Assembly (NCBI GenBank): GCA_029258885.1
Contig: JAPDJW010000001.1
Location: forward strand, 32,001-96,000
Source: Thermoproteota archaeon
GTDB taxonomy: Archaea; Thermoproteota; Thermoprotei; Thermofilales; B9-G17
Length of the DNA: 64,000 nt
Reading direction: 5' to 3'
How positions within the stretch are numbered: position 1 is the first letter of the stretch; every line of letters starts with the position of its first letter. Below, piece by piece: positions 18,432 through 28,633 of this stretch. The translations under genes were made by a program, and so were the position numbers. The notes below the pieces were generated by a model that was given only the letters and a program-made list of their open reading frames with translations, made no database searches and was not told the origin of the DNA.

Positions 18432-19714
18432 GGCGATTTTTCAATCTCCCTGCCGTCTCTATTTATTTTTATTAAACCCAGTACTATAGCCTTAATCCTA
18501 TGTTTTCTGCAGGAAGTTAAGATCCTTATTTTTCTTTTCGTATAATCTATCTTATCTATTATGCCTATGCCTTCACAAAATCCCTTTTCATTAAGTATAC
18601 CTACTAGGATGTTTTTCTCATCTCCAGCTTTGACTATTTTAACGTTACCAATATGTTGTAATGCCATCTTTATGAGAGTAATACTTGTCTTGTTTACTTT
18701 AATATTGTCGGCAACTATAATTAGAAGTTCATCTTTGTATTTCTCATGATGAATTACTCTTGTATTGAGTACTTCCTCTATTATTTCTTTATCCACAGCT
18801 GGAAGAGGATCTCCATGAAATAGATAAGTATTTAAAATTTTTATCTCATCTGCATTAAGAGTTATCATCGAGGAATCCTGTAGAAATCGCATGTAATTGC
18901 TTTCTCTAAAAGCTTTCCTCTTTGGAGGAGATTTTTTAGCATATACCTTTGGAGAAGGCACTTCAATTACATCGTAATCATAGAGGTAGTTTGCCATAGC
19001 TGTATTCGCGCTTATCTTCCCCATAAAGGCTATAATATTTGGCTCTATAGCTTCAATTAGAGCACGCTTATAGATGTATGCTCTTATACCTTCAATCCAT
19101 CCATCAGTATTTATTATAGTAATATATGGAGAGAGATTTTCTCCTTCTCTTAATATCTTCAATACTCCACTTACGACCTTTTCAGGAGCATAGCTTGGAG
19201 TATCAAAGCCCACAAAATACATAATATCGGGACTACATTCTCTTAACGATACAACGTGTTCTCGTAGCATTGATAACGATATACATGAAGGGGGACCTAT
19301 GTCGGCTTGACCTATATCTGCATCCAGCACTGCCACCCGAAAGCCTTGGGCTAGCGCATTATTAGCTAAAAACGTGGTGAATGAAGTCTTTCCACTATCG
19401 GTTCCACCCAGAATTACTACCCTTAGTGTTTCACCTTTTTTCTTTGATAAAATTTCCTTCGATGCTGCTAGCCACTCATCTATTACTTCCTCATTAGCGG
19501 GTACACTTTTTATATACCCATCGGTACCAACGTTAATCTCAACTAGCCCTTCTGAGAGCGATTTAAAGGCTATAGTTTTACCGCTTTTTAGGATGGTTTT
19601 AAAGTTTAAGCCCGCTGTGAACCCAGCTATTAATATTTTTCCTTCTAGTACCTTAAGCGATAGAGGCCCTCTTAGCCTATACGTCTCATTTTCCCTTATG
19701 GCTATCTTTGCCAT
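18416..19714 (-). CDS. Clp1/Nol9/Grc3-family polynucleotide 5'-kinase
   Basis: GGTDSGKTS, DADIGQADIGPP, IINTDGW, RKAFRE. Confidence 0.92.
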   Translation of the reverse strand: MAKIAIRENETYRLRGPLSLKVLEGKILIAGFTAGLNFKTILKSGKTIAFKSLSEGLVEINVGTDGYIKSVPANEEVIDEWLAASKEILSKKKGETLRVVILGGTDSGKTSFTTFLANNALAQGFRVAVLDADIGQADIGPPSCISLSMLREHVVSLRECSPDIMYFVGFDTPSYAPEKVVSGVLKILREGENLSPYITIINTDGWIEGIRAYIYKRALIEAIEPNIIAFMGKISANTAMANYLYDYDVIEVPSPKVYAKKSPPKRKAFRESNYMRFLQDSSMITLNADEIKILNTYLFHGDPLPAVDKEIIEEVLNTRVIHHEKYKDELLIIVADNIKVNKTSITLIKMALQHIGNVKIVKAGDEKNILVGILNEKGFCEGIGIIDKIDYTKRKIRILTSCRKHRIKAIVLGLIKINRDGREIEKSPYRFL

Positions 19715-19863
19715 TAAGATAGATTATACGATAGGTATCAATTAATATGTTTATTCAAAGGTATTAGCAATACATTAATTATGTCAAAGAATAGGCTATT
19801 TTTTCTAACGATTATTAGGAAATTCTTATATATTTATAAAAACAATATAAACCAGGGGTAAGG

Positions 19864-21072
19864 ATGCCTGAACTCGCGTATAGGCTTTCTCTCATCAAAA
19901 CATCTCCTATTAGACGTATAGCCGCTCTTCTGGATCAAGCAAGACGAAAAAGAGATATCATATCCTTTGGCGGTGGTGCGCCCAGCCTCCCTCCGCCTAA
20001 GGAGTTTCTAGATGAAATTATGAGATTACTTAAAGAGATGCCTCAGAGGGCTTGCGGTTACTGTGGAACAAGGGGCTTACCCGAGCTACGCAGCTTGATA
20101 GCTGAGGATCTGAAGAAGTACTTTGGAGTTAGCTATGATCCGGGTAAGGAGATAATAATAACGGATGGTGGAACTGAAGGCATATTTCTAACACTTTTCT
20201 CTATCCTTGATAAGGGAGATGAGGTAATAATACTTGATCCAACATACTTAGGGTATAGTGAGGCAATAAAGCTGGCGCAGGGCAGAGTTATTACGCTACC
20301 AGTTAGTGTAGAGAACGGGTATCAACCTGACCCGGAGATGCTTAAAGAGAGAATTACAGGAAGAACTAAAGCATTCATTCTACTTTCACCCGATAATCCT
20401 ACTGGTAGAATTATTAGGGAGGATTTCGTTAAGACTCTGGTTGATTTAGCGATTGATAAGGATTTCTGGATAATTTATGATGCTGCATACAAACATATAG
20501 TTTATGAGGGGAAAAATGTATGGGTGGATTCATTCCCCGGTGCCAGGGAGAAGACTATCACTATAAATACCTTCTCTAAGGAGGCCAGTATACCGGGACT
20601 TAGGCTTGGGTATACGACAGGGCCAAGTGAAGTAATCGAAGCCATGGAGAAAATTAAGCAATACGTTACTCTAGCGCCAGATACTTTAGGTCAATATGCT
20701 CTTCTAAAGTTTTATGAGAACGGAGTTAAGGATAGGTATCTTCGTGAAGTGGTGTTACCAACGTACCGTAGAAGAAGAGACCTCATGGCATCATTAATCC
20801 AGAAATATCTGCCGGAGGCAAAGACCGTAGTCCCGGGAGGTGCATTTTACTTCTTCGTGGATATTAGGTATTATTTGGAGAAAATGAATCGTGATGATGA
20901 AGAATTTTGCAATAGATTACTCTATAGAAAGAACGTTGTTGCAATTCCTGGTTCGCACTTCGGTTCAATGGGCAAGGGACATATAAGGCTTACATTTGTC
21001 AGCGAACCCGAAGAAAGAATAGAGGAGGGCATACGCAGAATAGGGGCTTTCATGTTCAGCTATGTCTTTTAA
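19864..21072 (+). CDS. PLP-dependent aminotransferase class I/II
   Basis: SFGGGAP, SPDNPTG, YDAAY, TFSKEASIPGLRLG. Confidence 0.92.
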   Translation: MPELAYRLSLIKTSPIRRIAALLDQARRKRDIISFGGGAPSLPPPKEFLDEIMRLLKEMPQRACGYCGTRGLPELRSLIAEDLKKYFGVSYDPGKEIIITDGGTEGIFLTLFSILDKGDEVIILDPTYLGYSEAIKLAQGRVITLPVSVENGYQPDPEMLKERITGRTKAFILLSPDNPTGRIIREDFVKTLVDLAIDKDFWIIYDAAYKHIVYEGKNVWVDSFPGAREKTITINTFSKEASIPGLRLGYTTGPSEVIEAMEKIKQYVTLAPDTLGQYALLKFYENGVKDRYLREVVLPTYRRRRDLMASLIQKYLPEAKTVVPGGAFYFFVDIRYYLEKMNRDDEEFCNRLLYRKNVVAIPGSHFGSMGKGHIRLTFVSEPEERIEEGIRRIGAFMFSYVF

Positions 21073-21902
21073 TGTTCCTCCCTTTTTTCGGCGATTTTTT
21101 CCAGGATTTTCTCCGCAAACTCAACTTTTTTCTTCTCTCCTATCTCTGAGTAAACTTTTATTGCCTCATTAATCATATTCACTATCTGCTCTTTGTACTC
21201 TTGCGGAGCTTGATCATATATATCGAGTATTTCTTCTTCTTTCTCCGTATTTATGAGAAGAGATATATACTCCTTAATGGACTTAGTGGTTATCTTCTTC
21301 CCCCGCATAATAATAACGTATCCAAGTTCCCAATCTATCTCTTTACGTTCCTCCTCTAATGAAAGAGAAAGAAGTTTGCTTAAAGCACCTGGGCTCAGCA
21401 ATCTACTATATCCGTAAACATTTATTGCCTTCTCAATTTTTTCTATGCCTCTTCTCCCTATGAGAAGTATTCTCTCTATATCATCAGGTTCCAAAGGAAT
21501 CTTGAATTCTAGTCCATGAATTATTATTCTGCCTGTCAGCCCCCTAACCTTTTCAGTAGGTAAATCTAGATCCAGAAATCCATCGTGAATAAGTACTTCA
21601 ATTATCTCTGAGCTTCCATCAGGATATACTACCTTCACCGCTTCATTCCATATTTTAGCGCTTACCTCGCCCAATATTGTATGCTCACCCCACTCAAACG
21701 CAGGACATTGAAACCTATTAGCTAGAACAGATGCTAATCCTTCAACGAAACCCAATACTTCAAATCCTATAAATTCTATCCACCCCATCCTCGTTCGAAG
21801 TTCCAGCTTTATCCTACTACCGCACCTTAGTCCGTTTTCCCTCAAGTAACTAATAACTTCATTATCATTTGCACAGTCTTTCTTTACACCAATATAGCCC
21901 AC
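21069..21902 (-). CDS. Hypothetical protein
   Basis: 277-aa ORF with normal coding composition and GTG start after a GGTG element; family not recognised. Confidence 0.7.
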   Translation of the reverse strand: MGYIGVKKDCANDNEVISYLRENGLRCGSRIKLELRTRMGWIEFIGFEVLGFVEGLASVLANRFQCPAFEWGEHTILGEVSAKIWNEAVKVVYPDGSSEIIEVLIHDGFLDLDLPTEKVRGLTGRIIIHGLEFKIPLEPDDIERILLIGRRGIEKIEKAINVYGYSRLLSPGALSKLLSLSLEEERKEIDWELGYVIIMRGKKITTKSIKEYISLLINTEKEEEILDIYDQAPQEYKEQIVNMINEAIKVYSEIGEKKKVEFAEKILEKIAEKREEH

Positions 21903-22123
21903 TACACCACCTTCACTAATATTTTATCAAACAAGCTTATTAACACCACTATTTATAAGCTCTTGAATACACTTCGGATTAAGCTATTTTCTCTCTATCG
22001 ATCTCCAGGAATTATTGCTTCGCCTGTATTTGGGTTTATTTCTTCTTCTGCCTGCTAACTCAGAAATAGTCAAAGGGGCAAAAGATAAAAATCTCTCGGT
22101 GTTTTTTCAAATGGTGCGTCTAT

Positions 22124-23449
22124 ATGAGCATAGAGCTTTTCCAATTAGAGGAAATAACCGACTTTGATATATCTTCAGTATATGCAAGGGAAATTCTTGA
22201 TTCTAGAGGCAATCCCACGGTAGAGGTTGAGGTAACGACTTTAGGAGGTGGATTTGGGCGTGCAGCTGCTCCTGCGGGAGCATCTAAAGGTGTCCATGAG
22301 GCGCTGGAATTAAGAGATGGAGGAAAAAGGTATCACGGTAAGGGGGTAAGTAAAGCCATTAAAAATATTCTTGAAATAATAGCGCCTGAGATACTGGGCA
22401 TGGATTCTAGGAGGCAAAAGGAGGTAGATTATAAGATGATAGAATTAGATGGCACGAAAAATAAATCTAAATTGGGGGCTAATGCGATACTTGCTGTTTC
22501 TCTTGCCGTAGCTAAGGCGGCAGCGAACACATACGGTATGCCGCTGTTCCAATATCTCGGAGGATCTAGAGCATGTATTCTCCCCACGCCACTTATGAAT
22601 ATATTGAATGGAGGTAAGCATGCTGGCAATGAATTGAGTATACAAGAATTTATGGTAGTGCCAGTCGGCGCTGATACCTTCCGGGACGCGCTTCGAATAG
22701 GGGCTGAGGTTTACCATGAACTTAAGAAATTCCTGAAAGATAAGTATGGAAGGAACGCTATAAATGTCGGTGATGAAGGAGGCTTTGCTCCGCCTATGAA
22801 AAACACTAAAGAAGCTCTAGATGCATTAGTTGCATCAATAAAGAATGCTGGCTATGACGCTGGAACAGATGTTCTCATAGCATTAGATGCTGCGGCTTCA
22901 AGCTTTTATGATGCTAAAAAAGAAGCATACTACATAGATGGAAAATATCTGAACAGGGAGCAATTGTTAGAACTCTATAAGGAGATAGTTAATGAATACC
23001 CAATAATATCAATCGAAGATCCGTTTCATGAGGAGGACTATGAGGGCTTTACATTAATAACTAAAGAGCTAGGCGATAGAATTCAGATAGTTGGAGACGA
23101 TCTTTTTGTGACAAACATGGAGAGATTAAAGAAAGGTATTGACCTAGGAGCTGCTAATGCGTTATTGCTAAAGGTCAATCAAATAGGAACATTAACTGAG
23201 GCTCTCGAAGCAGCGGACTTAGCTTTTAAAAACAATTATAAGGTAGTAGTTAGCCATAGATCGGGAGAGACGGAAGACGTAACGATAGCTCATATAGCAG
23301 TAGCCCTTAACTGTGGGCAAATAAAAACAGGTGCTCCAGCTAGAGGTGAACGGACAGCAAAGTATAACGAATTACTGAGAATAGAGGATTACCTAGGCTA
23401 TAGCGCTAAGTACATGGGTTCAGAGGTTTTTGCTCTGAAAAGACTATAA
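22124..23449 (+). CDS. eno: Enolase
   Basis: ILDSRGNPTVEV, GDEGGFAP, IVGDDLFVTN, SHRSGETED, IKTGAPARGER. Confidence 0.98.
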   Translation: MSIELFQLEEITDFDISSVYAREILDSRGNPTVEVEVTTLGGGFGRAAAPAGASKGVHEALELRDGGKRYHGKGVSKAIKNILEIIAPEILGMDSRRQKEVDYKMIELDGTKNKSKLGANAILAVSLAVAKAAANTYGMPLFQYLGGSRACILPTPLMNILNGGKHAGNELSIQEFMVVPVGADTFRDALRIGAEVYHELKKFLKDKYGRNAINVGDEGGFAPPMKNTKEALDALVASIKNAGYDAGTDVLIALDAAASSFYDAKKEAYYIDGKYLNREQLLELYKEIVNEYPIISIEDPFHEEDYEGFTLITKELGDRIQIVGDDLFVTNMERLKKGIDLGAANALLLKVNQIGTLTEALEAADLAFKNNYKVVVSHRSGETEDVTIAHIAVALNCGQIKTGAPARGERTAKYNELLRIEDYLGYSAKYMGSEVFALKRL

Positions 23450-24022
23450 CTTATTATTTTTAGCATAAATAAGGTGGTATAGATCGGCTAGGCATCTCCA
23501 GCAGTATCTAGCATTGCTGTATATTTTTACTCCACACCTTGGGCACTCTATGGGTAGGCTTACCTTTTTTACATAGGCTGGATCTATTCTTACTCCACCT
23601 TCCTCTAGCTTTTGGAAGAAAGTTTTCTTTGGACGTTTTTCCTCTATGAAGGCGCCTATTAGCGAAAATATCAGGGAAGTTGTGATGAAGGGGAAGGGAT
23701 TCGAAGAAAACAGTACATATACTTTTTCCTTGTACACCAAATATGCGCATATCATGAGAAACGAGAGCAGCGGATATAGAATTGCGGCTTTTAGATCTCT
23801 AATCCACGTGCCCATTACTAAATATGATAGGGCTATTGCCACGATTAGAAAGGCTATATTCACCTCTTCCGTCAGTAGTATCCATTCAATAAACTTCCAG
23901 ACAGTTACTGGTTCTCCTCTATAGAAGCCACATGACGGAAAAATTATAGAAAGTAGTATTAAAGATACGAATGTCAATATTAACGATAGAAATGCTGCTG
24001 AAAAAATTTTTCCTTTATTCAT
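23444..24022 (-). CDS. Membrane protein with C-terminal zinc ribbon
   Basis: About 4 TM helices, then CPRCG...NARYCWRC. Confidence 0.75.
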   Translation of the reverse strand: MNKGKIFSAAFLSLILTFVSLILLSIIFPSCGFYRGEPVTVWKFIEWILLTEEVNIAFLIVAIALSYLVMGTWIRDLKAAILYPLLSFLMICAYLVYKEKVYVLFSSNPFPFITTSLIFSLIGAFIEEKRPKKTFFQKLEEGGVRIDPAYVKKVSLPIECPRCGVKIYSNARYCWRCLADLYHLIYAKNNKL

Positions 24023-25728
24023 AGCTTTTTCCTCTTCATATTAATGATCAGTAGGACTAGCGGTATAAGGGAAATAAGCACTCCGATAACGATCGATGCA
24101 TATATTAGATTCCATGGCAGAGGGAGATATCTTATCTTTACGGCGAATATCTTAGACGTTGCACCACCAATAACTTTGCCGTCAGATAGTATTTTGACTA
24201 ATACCGTATGTTCGCCTTCCTCCACCTTAATTGATACAGTCTCCGAAAATTCTCCGCTTATATCGGATGATTTAATCTCTTCTTCATCTACGTATATGTA
24301 TAGTTTAGATGGAACTTCAACGTTCCCATTTACTAAAATAGTTGATTCTGCATAGCTATCCGTAAGCTCTATCACGCTGGGGGATATGCTTACTTTAAGC
24401 GAAACCTTTGGTGCAAAGAAGTAATTCAAAGTTTTGCCCTTAAAGCTTTCTGGAATAGGTAGGCCTAGGAATTCGCATATCGTTGGAGCAACGTCAACTA
24501 TGGACACTATCTCGTTACTATATGTCAATTTACTAGATATTACCCCACCGAGCATAAACATGAAAATCTTTTGCGTTGATACGCCACCGTGAGCTCCCTC
24601 ATTAGGATATGAGAACTGGTATCCATTTTTGAGGGATACGAAGATATCTCCTGCAAACGGGGAATTTAACCCTACATCTTCTAATGTTCCATTCACGCTG
24701 TTGATGGGACTTATAGAGTAGATAGCATCCGCCAAATTACTTTTAAGAATTAACTTTACGGCTTTTTCCAAATCTCTTTTGTCCTTCAGATATATGAAGG
24801 CGGCAGTACCTCCAGTGTCAATTAAGTAGTGCCTTATTCCGGTTAGTACTCCCCAGTGATGTTTATCCTTGGATGGAAGGAGCATTTTGCTTGGTTTTGT
24901 ATCACTCATTCCATGGTCAGCTAATACGAACATGAGCGTATTGTTCCATAATCCTTCAGCTTTAATAATATCAACTAATGATAGAACTTGTTGGAACGCA
25001 TGTCTCGCTACAAGATAATATTCCTCACTTTCCGGACCACAGGCATGTCCAGTCCAGTCTAAAGCAGGAAGATTGACTATCACTAATGCATACTCTCCTG
25101 AATGTATAAGCTCCGACCAGGATCGTATGACTGAGATAGTTTCATTTATTATCCATTCATCCTGCCTATATCTAGCTTCTATAGGTAGGTTTGGGTCATA
25201 GACGCCATAAGCCAGTTCTGACGGAAGAATTTTAAGGACGTCAGCTACCTGATTTAATCCCATCATGACTTTCAGCTTCTCTTTACCTACTATAAGTGCT
25301 GTCAATACTCCGTTTTCTCTGGCTACCTCCACTATACTCTCAGACATTATCTGATCATACCAGCTAACGGTCTTAGGGATATCTTCTTTCGTTACATGAT
25401 ACTCTTCTCTATCAACAGCATAGGTATACACTACTCCGCTTACATTAGGATACGTTCCGTAGGCTAACGCTGTATGTGCAGGAGTAGTAGCCGAGGGGAG
25501 GACAGTATATGCATTACTAAAGTATATTCCATAATTCTTTAGTAGGTTAAATTCCTCAAGTCCATTTACAATGGATATTTCAGCTCCATCTACAACAATT
25601 ATTAAAGCTAACCTACCTAGACATATTGAGTGCTGGGGCTCCGTGAAGGTTAGTGGTACATAATATAGCACGTATGACAGCACTAAAAGTATAAGGAGGC
25701 TTGTTTTCCTGACAATTTTCAGTCTCAT
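24019..25728 (-). CDS. Exported alkaline-phosphatase-superfamily (NPP-like) enzyme with C-terminal anchor
   Basis: VVDGA, PSATTPAH nucleophile, LDWTGH, ADHG, GAHG; signal helix and C-terminal TM. Confidence 0.88.
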   Translation of the reverse strand: MRLKIVRKTSLLILLVLSYVLYYVPLTFTEPQHSICLGRLALIIVVDGAEISIVNGLEEFNLLKNYGIYFSNAYTVLPSATTPAHTALAYGTYPNVSGVVYTYAVDREEYHVTKEDIPKTVSWYDQIMSESIVEVARENGVLTALIVGKEKLKVMMGLNQVADVLKILPSELAYGVYDPNLPIEARYRQDEWIINETISVIRSWSELIHSGEYALVIVNLPALDWTGHACGPESEEYYLVARHAFQQVLSLVDIIKAEGLWNNTLMFVLADHGMSDTKPSKMLLPSKDKHHWGVLTGIRHYLIDTGGTAAFIYLKDKRDLEKAVKLILKSNLADAIYSISPINSVNGTLEDVGLNSPFAGDIFVSLKNGYQFSYPNEGAHGGVSTQKIFMFMLGGVISSKLTYSNEIVSIVDVAPTICEFLGLPIPESFKGKTLNYFFAPKVSLKVSISPSVIELTDSYAESTILVNGNVEVPSKLYIYVDEEEIKSSDISGEFSETVSIKVEEGEHTVLVKILSDGKVIGGATSKIFAVKIRYLPLPWNLIYASIVIGVLISLIPLVLLIINMKRKKL

Positions 25729-25847
25729 GCGAAAATACTAACCTTATGCGCTTATATAACTTACCACGGACGTGTTTTCCATGGGAATGTTTAATATAGA
25801 CTAAGTGTAAGAATACGTAAGAGGTTCGTTTCATATGTTAAGAGCGC

Positions 25848-27602
25848 TTGGAGGCGATATTGTTGCCTTTAGTTGAGATCAAGAACCTAAGCTTTCGATA
25901 TCATGGACACGAAAATTATGTGCTTAAGAATATTAATTTAGATGTTCATGCGGGTGAATTTATACTCATAATAGGACCTAGTGGTGGAGGTAAGTCCACG
26001 TTAGTAAATTGTATAAACGGTATAATACCTCACGTTATAGAGGGAGTTAAGAAGGGTAAGGTTATTGTAGACGGCTATGATGTAGATGAAACTCCAATTA
26101 AAGAGATGGCTAAAATAGTTGGCACTGTTTTTCAGAATCCAGAAACTCAGTTCTTTTCGCTTAGCGTTTTAGATGAAATAGCGTTTGCTATGGAAAACCT
26201 GAAGTTTTCTCGAGAAGAGATGGAGGAGCGAATAAATTGGGTCATTCAAGAGCTTGGTTTAGAGGGACTATTGAGAAAGGAAGTAAGCAGATTATCTGGT
26301 GGGCAGAAGCAGCTTGTCGCCATAGCATCTGTGCTAGCATTACAGCCTAAACTGTTAATATTCGATGAGCCGACAACGAACTTAGATCCTCAAGGTGCGT
26401 ACGAGGTATTGAACATTATAGAAAAAATTAAGGAGTTTTATGGTAGAGCTATAATTTTAATTGAGCATAAACTTGATAAAGTTGCACCCCTTGCTGATAG
26501 GATTTGGGTTATAAGCAACGGTGAAGTAATAATCGATGATACGCCGCAGGAGGTCTTTAAGAATCCAGGTAAAATATACGAGCTAGGGCTTAAGCCACCC
26601 AGTATCGTAGAGATATCCATTCGGCTTAGAAACGAAGGTTTAATTGAACCCAGTGAATTGCCATTAACAGTTGATGAGTTCATGGACATTATTCAAAAAT
26701 ACAATCTAAGAAATGTGAGTAGTAGAGATTTCACTTTTACCACAGATAGGATTACTATCAATAGTTCAGATAAACCCTTGATAGAGGTTAGAAATCTATG
26801 GCATCAATATCCTGATGGAACTGTAGCTCTGAGAGGTATTTCCCTGGACATATATAAAGGCGAATTTATTGGGATAATAGGGCCAAATGGTTCAGGTAAA
26901 TCAACGCTGGTCAGCCATTTTCTGGGTCTCTTATCTCCAAGCCATGGTTACGTGAAGATATTTGGAAGAAATGTTAGAGAGTACTCAGTGTCACAATTAA
27001 GTAAAATAGTGGGCTTTATATTTCAAAATCCTGACCTTATGCTTTTTCAAACTACTGTATGGAATGAACTAGCTTTTGGACCGAGTAATCTAGGCTTACC
27101 GAAGAAGGAAATCGAGAGAAGAGTCAAGGAGGCATTAGCTATGATGAGGTTAGAGGGCTTTGAGGAGAGACATCCCCATGCATTGAGCAGGGGGCAAAGA
27201 CATAGAGTTGCCGTAGCCTCTGTACTCACAATGTATCCTGAGATTCTGATCGCTGATGAACCGACGACTGGACAGGACTATGGCGCATGTAGGAAATACC
27301 TGGATTTGCTGAAGAAAATGAACGAGGCTGGAAGGACCATCATTATCATAAGTCATGATATGAGCCTAATAGCTGAGTATGTTGAAAGGGTTATTATAAT
27401 GGTCGATGGAAGGATATTGATCGATGGTCCGACAAGGTTAATCTTTGAGAAGGAGGACCTGTTACGTAAGGTTAGAATAGAACCTCCTCCTCCAACCCAG
27501 CTATCGCTTAGGCTTAAAGACAACGGATACGATGTTCCTGTATGTCTAACGGTCGACGAAGTACATACTGTAATTAGATCTCTATTAGCCGCCGATAAGT
27601 GA
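25848..27602 (+). CDS. ECF-type transporter ATPase with two ABC domains
   Basis: GPSGGGKST/LSGGQKQ/FDEPT and GPNGSGKST/LSRGQRH/ADEPTTGQD; VFQNPE. Confidence 0.92.
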   Translation: MEAILLPLVEIKNLSFRYHGHENYVLKNINLDVHAGEFILIIGPSGGGKSTLVNCINGIIPHVIEGVKKGKVIVDGYDVDETPIKEMAKIVGTVFQNPETQFFSLSVLDEIAFAMENLKFSREEMEERINWVIQELGLEGLLRKEVSRLSGGQKQLVAIASVLALQPKLLIFDEPTTNLDPQGAYEVLNIIEKIKEFYGRAIILIEHKLDKVAPLADRIWVISNGEVIIDDTPQEVFKNPGKIYELGLKPPSIVEISIRLRNEGLIEPSELPLTVDEFMDIIQKYNLRNVSSRDFTFTTDRITINSSDKPLIEVRNLWHQYPDGTVALRGISLDIYKGEFIGIIGPNGSGKSTLVSHFLGLLSPSHGYVKIFGRNVREYSVSQLSKIVGFIFQNPDLMLFQTTVWNELAFGPSNLGLPKKEIERRVKEALAMMRLEGFEERHPHALSRGQRHRVAVASVLTMYPEILIADEPTTGQDYGACRKYLDLLKKMNEAGRTIIIISHDMSLIAEYVERVIIMVDGRILIDGPTRLIFEKEDLLRKVRIEPPPPTQLSLRLKDNGYDVPVCLTVDEVHTVIRSLLAADK

Positions 27603-28613
27603 GTAGTATAATTTTAGATACTTACGGAATACTTTCTCCCAATTATAATATCTAACTACTTTCTCCTTGGCTTTGTCTGCTAGCGACTGTGCAATTTTCC
27701 TATTATTTACGAGAAATATTATATCTTTAATGAGTTCTTTTTCATCGCCGGGTGATACTAGCAATCCTGTTACTCCGTCCTCTATAAGCTCAGTGTTTCC
27801 GCCTACCCTGCTGGCAATTACTGGAGTTCCACAAGCCATTGCTTCGAGCAATGCGGTACTTAGGCCTTCGTACCTTGACGGTAAAATGAATACGTCTGCT
27901 CCCTTTATAAGCCTCAGGGCTTTCTCTCTTTCCACTTTCCCTAAAAAATGTATATTTTTATAGTGGCCGAATTGTTTTCTTAAATATGGAAGTAGGGGGC
28001 CATCACCTACTATTAGCAAATCGATATCCTTTAGCTTGGTGAACGCCTTAACTAAGATATCTACGCCTTTTTCTCTGGATATTCTGCCGACGTAAATTGC
28101 CTGTTTCTCATAAATCTTATCGCCTTTTAGGGGTATTATATCTAGATTTATTGCATTTGGAATATATGTAACCTTATCCGTATATAGTCTATAGTGTTTA
28201 TATGCAGTCTTACTAACAACGGTAACATAATTCACTATCCTTACGCTAGCTTTTTCATAGATGTTTGATAGACGGCTTACGAGCGGACCATGTAATTTTT
28301 CTACACTTTTGCTATAAACTCCATGTATCGTGAGAATGCGTTTTCCTCTAAAAAATCGTGTAGAAACAGCTGTAACCGTTCCGTGCGCATGTATAATATC
28401 GTATTTTGGCTTAGTGTATATTAATCCCTTTAATGAACTGGAGATAACGAATGACACGTTTTTTAAGTTCCTAACATTTACGTATGGTGTATTTTCGCTG
28501 GAAATATAATCTACCATGAACCCCCTATTTTTCAGCCTACAATATAGTTCCTGTACGTGTTGAGCTACACCTCCTATCCCCGAAATTTTCGGAGTTATTA
28601 ATAATATTTTCAT
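27585..28613 (-). CDS. Glycosyltransferase family 4
   Basis: GGVAQH, YVGRISREKG, PSRYEGLSTALLEAMACG. Confidence 0.92.
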   Translation of the reverse strand: MKILLITPKISGIGGVAQHVQELYCRLKNRGFMVDYISSENTPYVNVRNLKNVSFVISSSLKGLIYTKPKYDIIHAHGTVTAVSTRFFRGKRILTIHGVYSKSVEKLHGPLVSRLSNIYEKASVRIVNYVTVVSKTAYKHYRLYTDKVTYIPNAINLDIIPLKGDKIYEKQAIYVGRISREKGVDILVKAFTKLKDIDLLIVGDGPLLPYLRKQFGHYKNIHFLGKVEREKALRLIKGADVFILPSRYEGLSTALLEAMACGTPVIASRVGGNTELIEDGVTGLLVSPGDEKELIKDIIFLVNNRKIAQSLADKAKEKVVRYYNWEKVFRKYLKLYYSLIGG

Positions 28614-28633
28614 TGGAGTCCGAAGTTATCTTA

